Source: Escherichia phage 236Ecol005PP | DNA length: 64,000 bases | Sequence record: PP434423.1 | Reading direction: 5' to 3' (one strand) | Shown: positions 63,051-64,000 of the stretch, piece by piece | Layout: each line of letters begins with the position of its first letter | How positions within the stretch are numbered: position 1 is the first letter of the stretch | The notes under the pieces: generated by a model | Database searches by the model: none | Seen by the model: the letters and a program-made list of their open reading frames with translations, nothing else | Told to the model about the DNA's origin: nothing | Made by a program: the position numbers and the translations under genes

Positions 63051-63989
63051 TTATTTGAATTGTTCAGTAACGTCTTCAACTACTTCGTATTGACAGGTAC
63101 GCATTTTAGCATCGTTGTAATCAATCGGAATTGATACTACATCGCGAGGATGTACTTTAACTTTTACAACTCGGCTGGTTGAACTGCCAAAGTGGAAAAT
63201 ATAAGATTTAGAACACACATGCAGACCGCGAGAACAAGTTTGTGTATCATCGTCATTCACACGAGTACGTGGCATTTTAACTACTTTACCAGGACTGTTA
63301 TCAAAAGTATTTGAATGGCAGTCAAAGTAATTACTGCGAACTACTTTCCAAGCATAGAAGTAACCGTCTTCTGTAATTTCAATATCGTTTGCTACCAAGA
63401 AATCAAAGAGTCGAGATACTGCTTTTTGGCTTGGGTTTTCCAACAGATTTTCCAAGAACGGAAAATAAAATTCAAAGTTTTCACCTTTTTCCATCGAATC
63501 GAGAATACGATCAACTAAACCAGACCGCAATTCAATATTTTGATAGAACAAGCTTCCGCCTTCAATTCGAACATCACCGGAAATATATTTTTCAACAGCA
63601 CGACGAACATTAATTTTTTGCGCCGCTTCTTCCAATTTATCTTCAACAAGCAGATTAAGAATTTCCTGGAAGTTTGAATGAGTATTAGGAGTTGCGTTAT
63701 AAGTTACGCCATCAACAGTAATTGAAATGAATTTTTTAGATGCATTCCAAATAATGTCAGATTTAGCAACTGGAGCAATAGCTACATCACTCTTAACTTC
63801 AACTGTAATGTCACCGCTAATGGTAACTTTGGAACGCTCAGCTTCTTCAGCATTTTTCAAAACACGACGGATTGTGTCCACCGATACACCTTGCCAATCA
63901 GCCAATTCCTGTTGGGTATAATTACCGCTTGAATACAGTTTGACAATTTCAGCTTGTTCGTTTTTGGTCAGGCATTTAATATTGTACAT
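63051..63989 (-). CDS. rIIB: rIIB membrane-associated protein
   Basis: 312-aa ORF; start close to window end. Confidence 0.9.
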   Translation of the reverse strand: MYNIKCLTKNEQAEIVKLYSSGNYTQQELADWQGVSVDTIRRVLKNAEEAERSKVTISGDITVEVKSDVAIAPVAKSDIIWNASKKFISITVDGVTYNATPNTHSNFQEILNLLVEDKLEEAAQKINVRRAVEKYISGDVRIEGGSLFYQNIELRSGLVDRILDSMEKGENFEFYFPFLENLLENPSQKAVSRLFDFLVANDIEITEDGYFYAWKVVRSNYFDCHSNTFDNSPGKVVKMPRTRVNDDDTQTCSRGLHVCSKSYIFHFGSSTSRVVKVKVHPRDVVSIPIDYNDAKMRTCQYEVVEDVTEQFK

Positions 63990-64000
63990 AATTTTCCTTA

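Overview
This 64-kb window is a contiguous segment of a T4-like (T-even) lytic myophage genome, running from the 3' end of gene 23 (major capsid protein) to the start of rIIB. Gene content and order follow the T4 map closely: gene 24, rnlB, hoc, inh, segD, uvsW, uvsY, the baseplate/tail cluster 25-26-51-27-28-29-48-54, alt, gene 30 ligase, 30.1-30.9, rIII, 31, cd, pseT, spanins, alc, rnlA, denA, nrdB, nrdA, td, frd, 32, 59, 33, dsbA, rnh, long tail fibre genes 34-38, t, asiA, arn, motA, 52, ac, stp, ndd, denB. The tail-fibre tip is of the T2 type (long gp37 plus a glycine-rich gp38 adhesin), and nrdB is uninterrupted. No rRNA, tRNA, CRISPR array or integrase was found. The most notable observations are: (1) a perfect 141-bp in-frame tandem duplication inside pseT that doubles the phosphatase DxDGT motif; (2) nrdA split into two ORFs by an inserted HNH homing-endonuclease gene; (3) a Dam-family adenine methyltransferase gene between nrdB and nrdA; (4) a td group I intron of only 254 nt with no endonuclease ORF; (5) a roughly 400-bp GC-rich non-coding island between 30.9 and rIII; (6) an extra ORF between frd and td. 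All calls come from reading the sequence and from recalled T4 biology; no database search was run, and coordinates of small motifs may be off by 1-2 nt.
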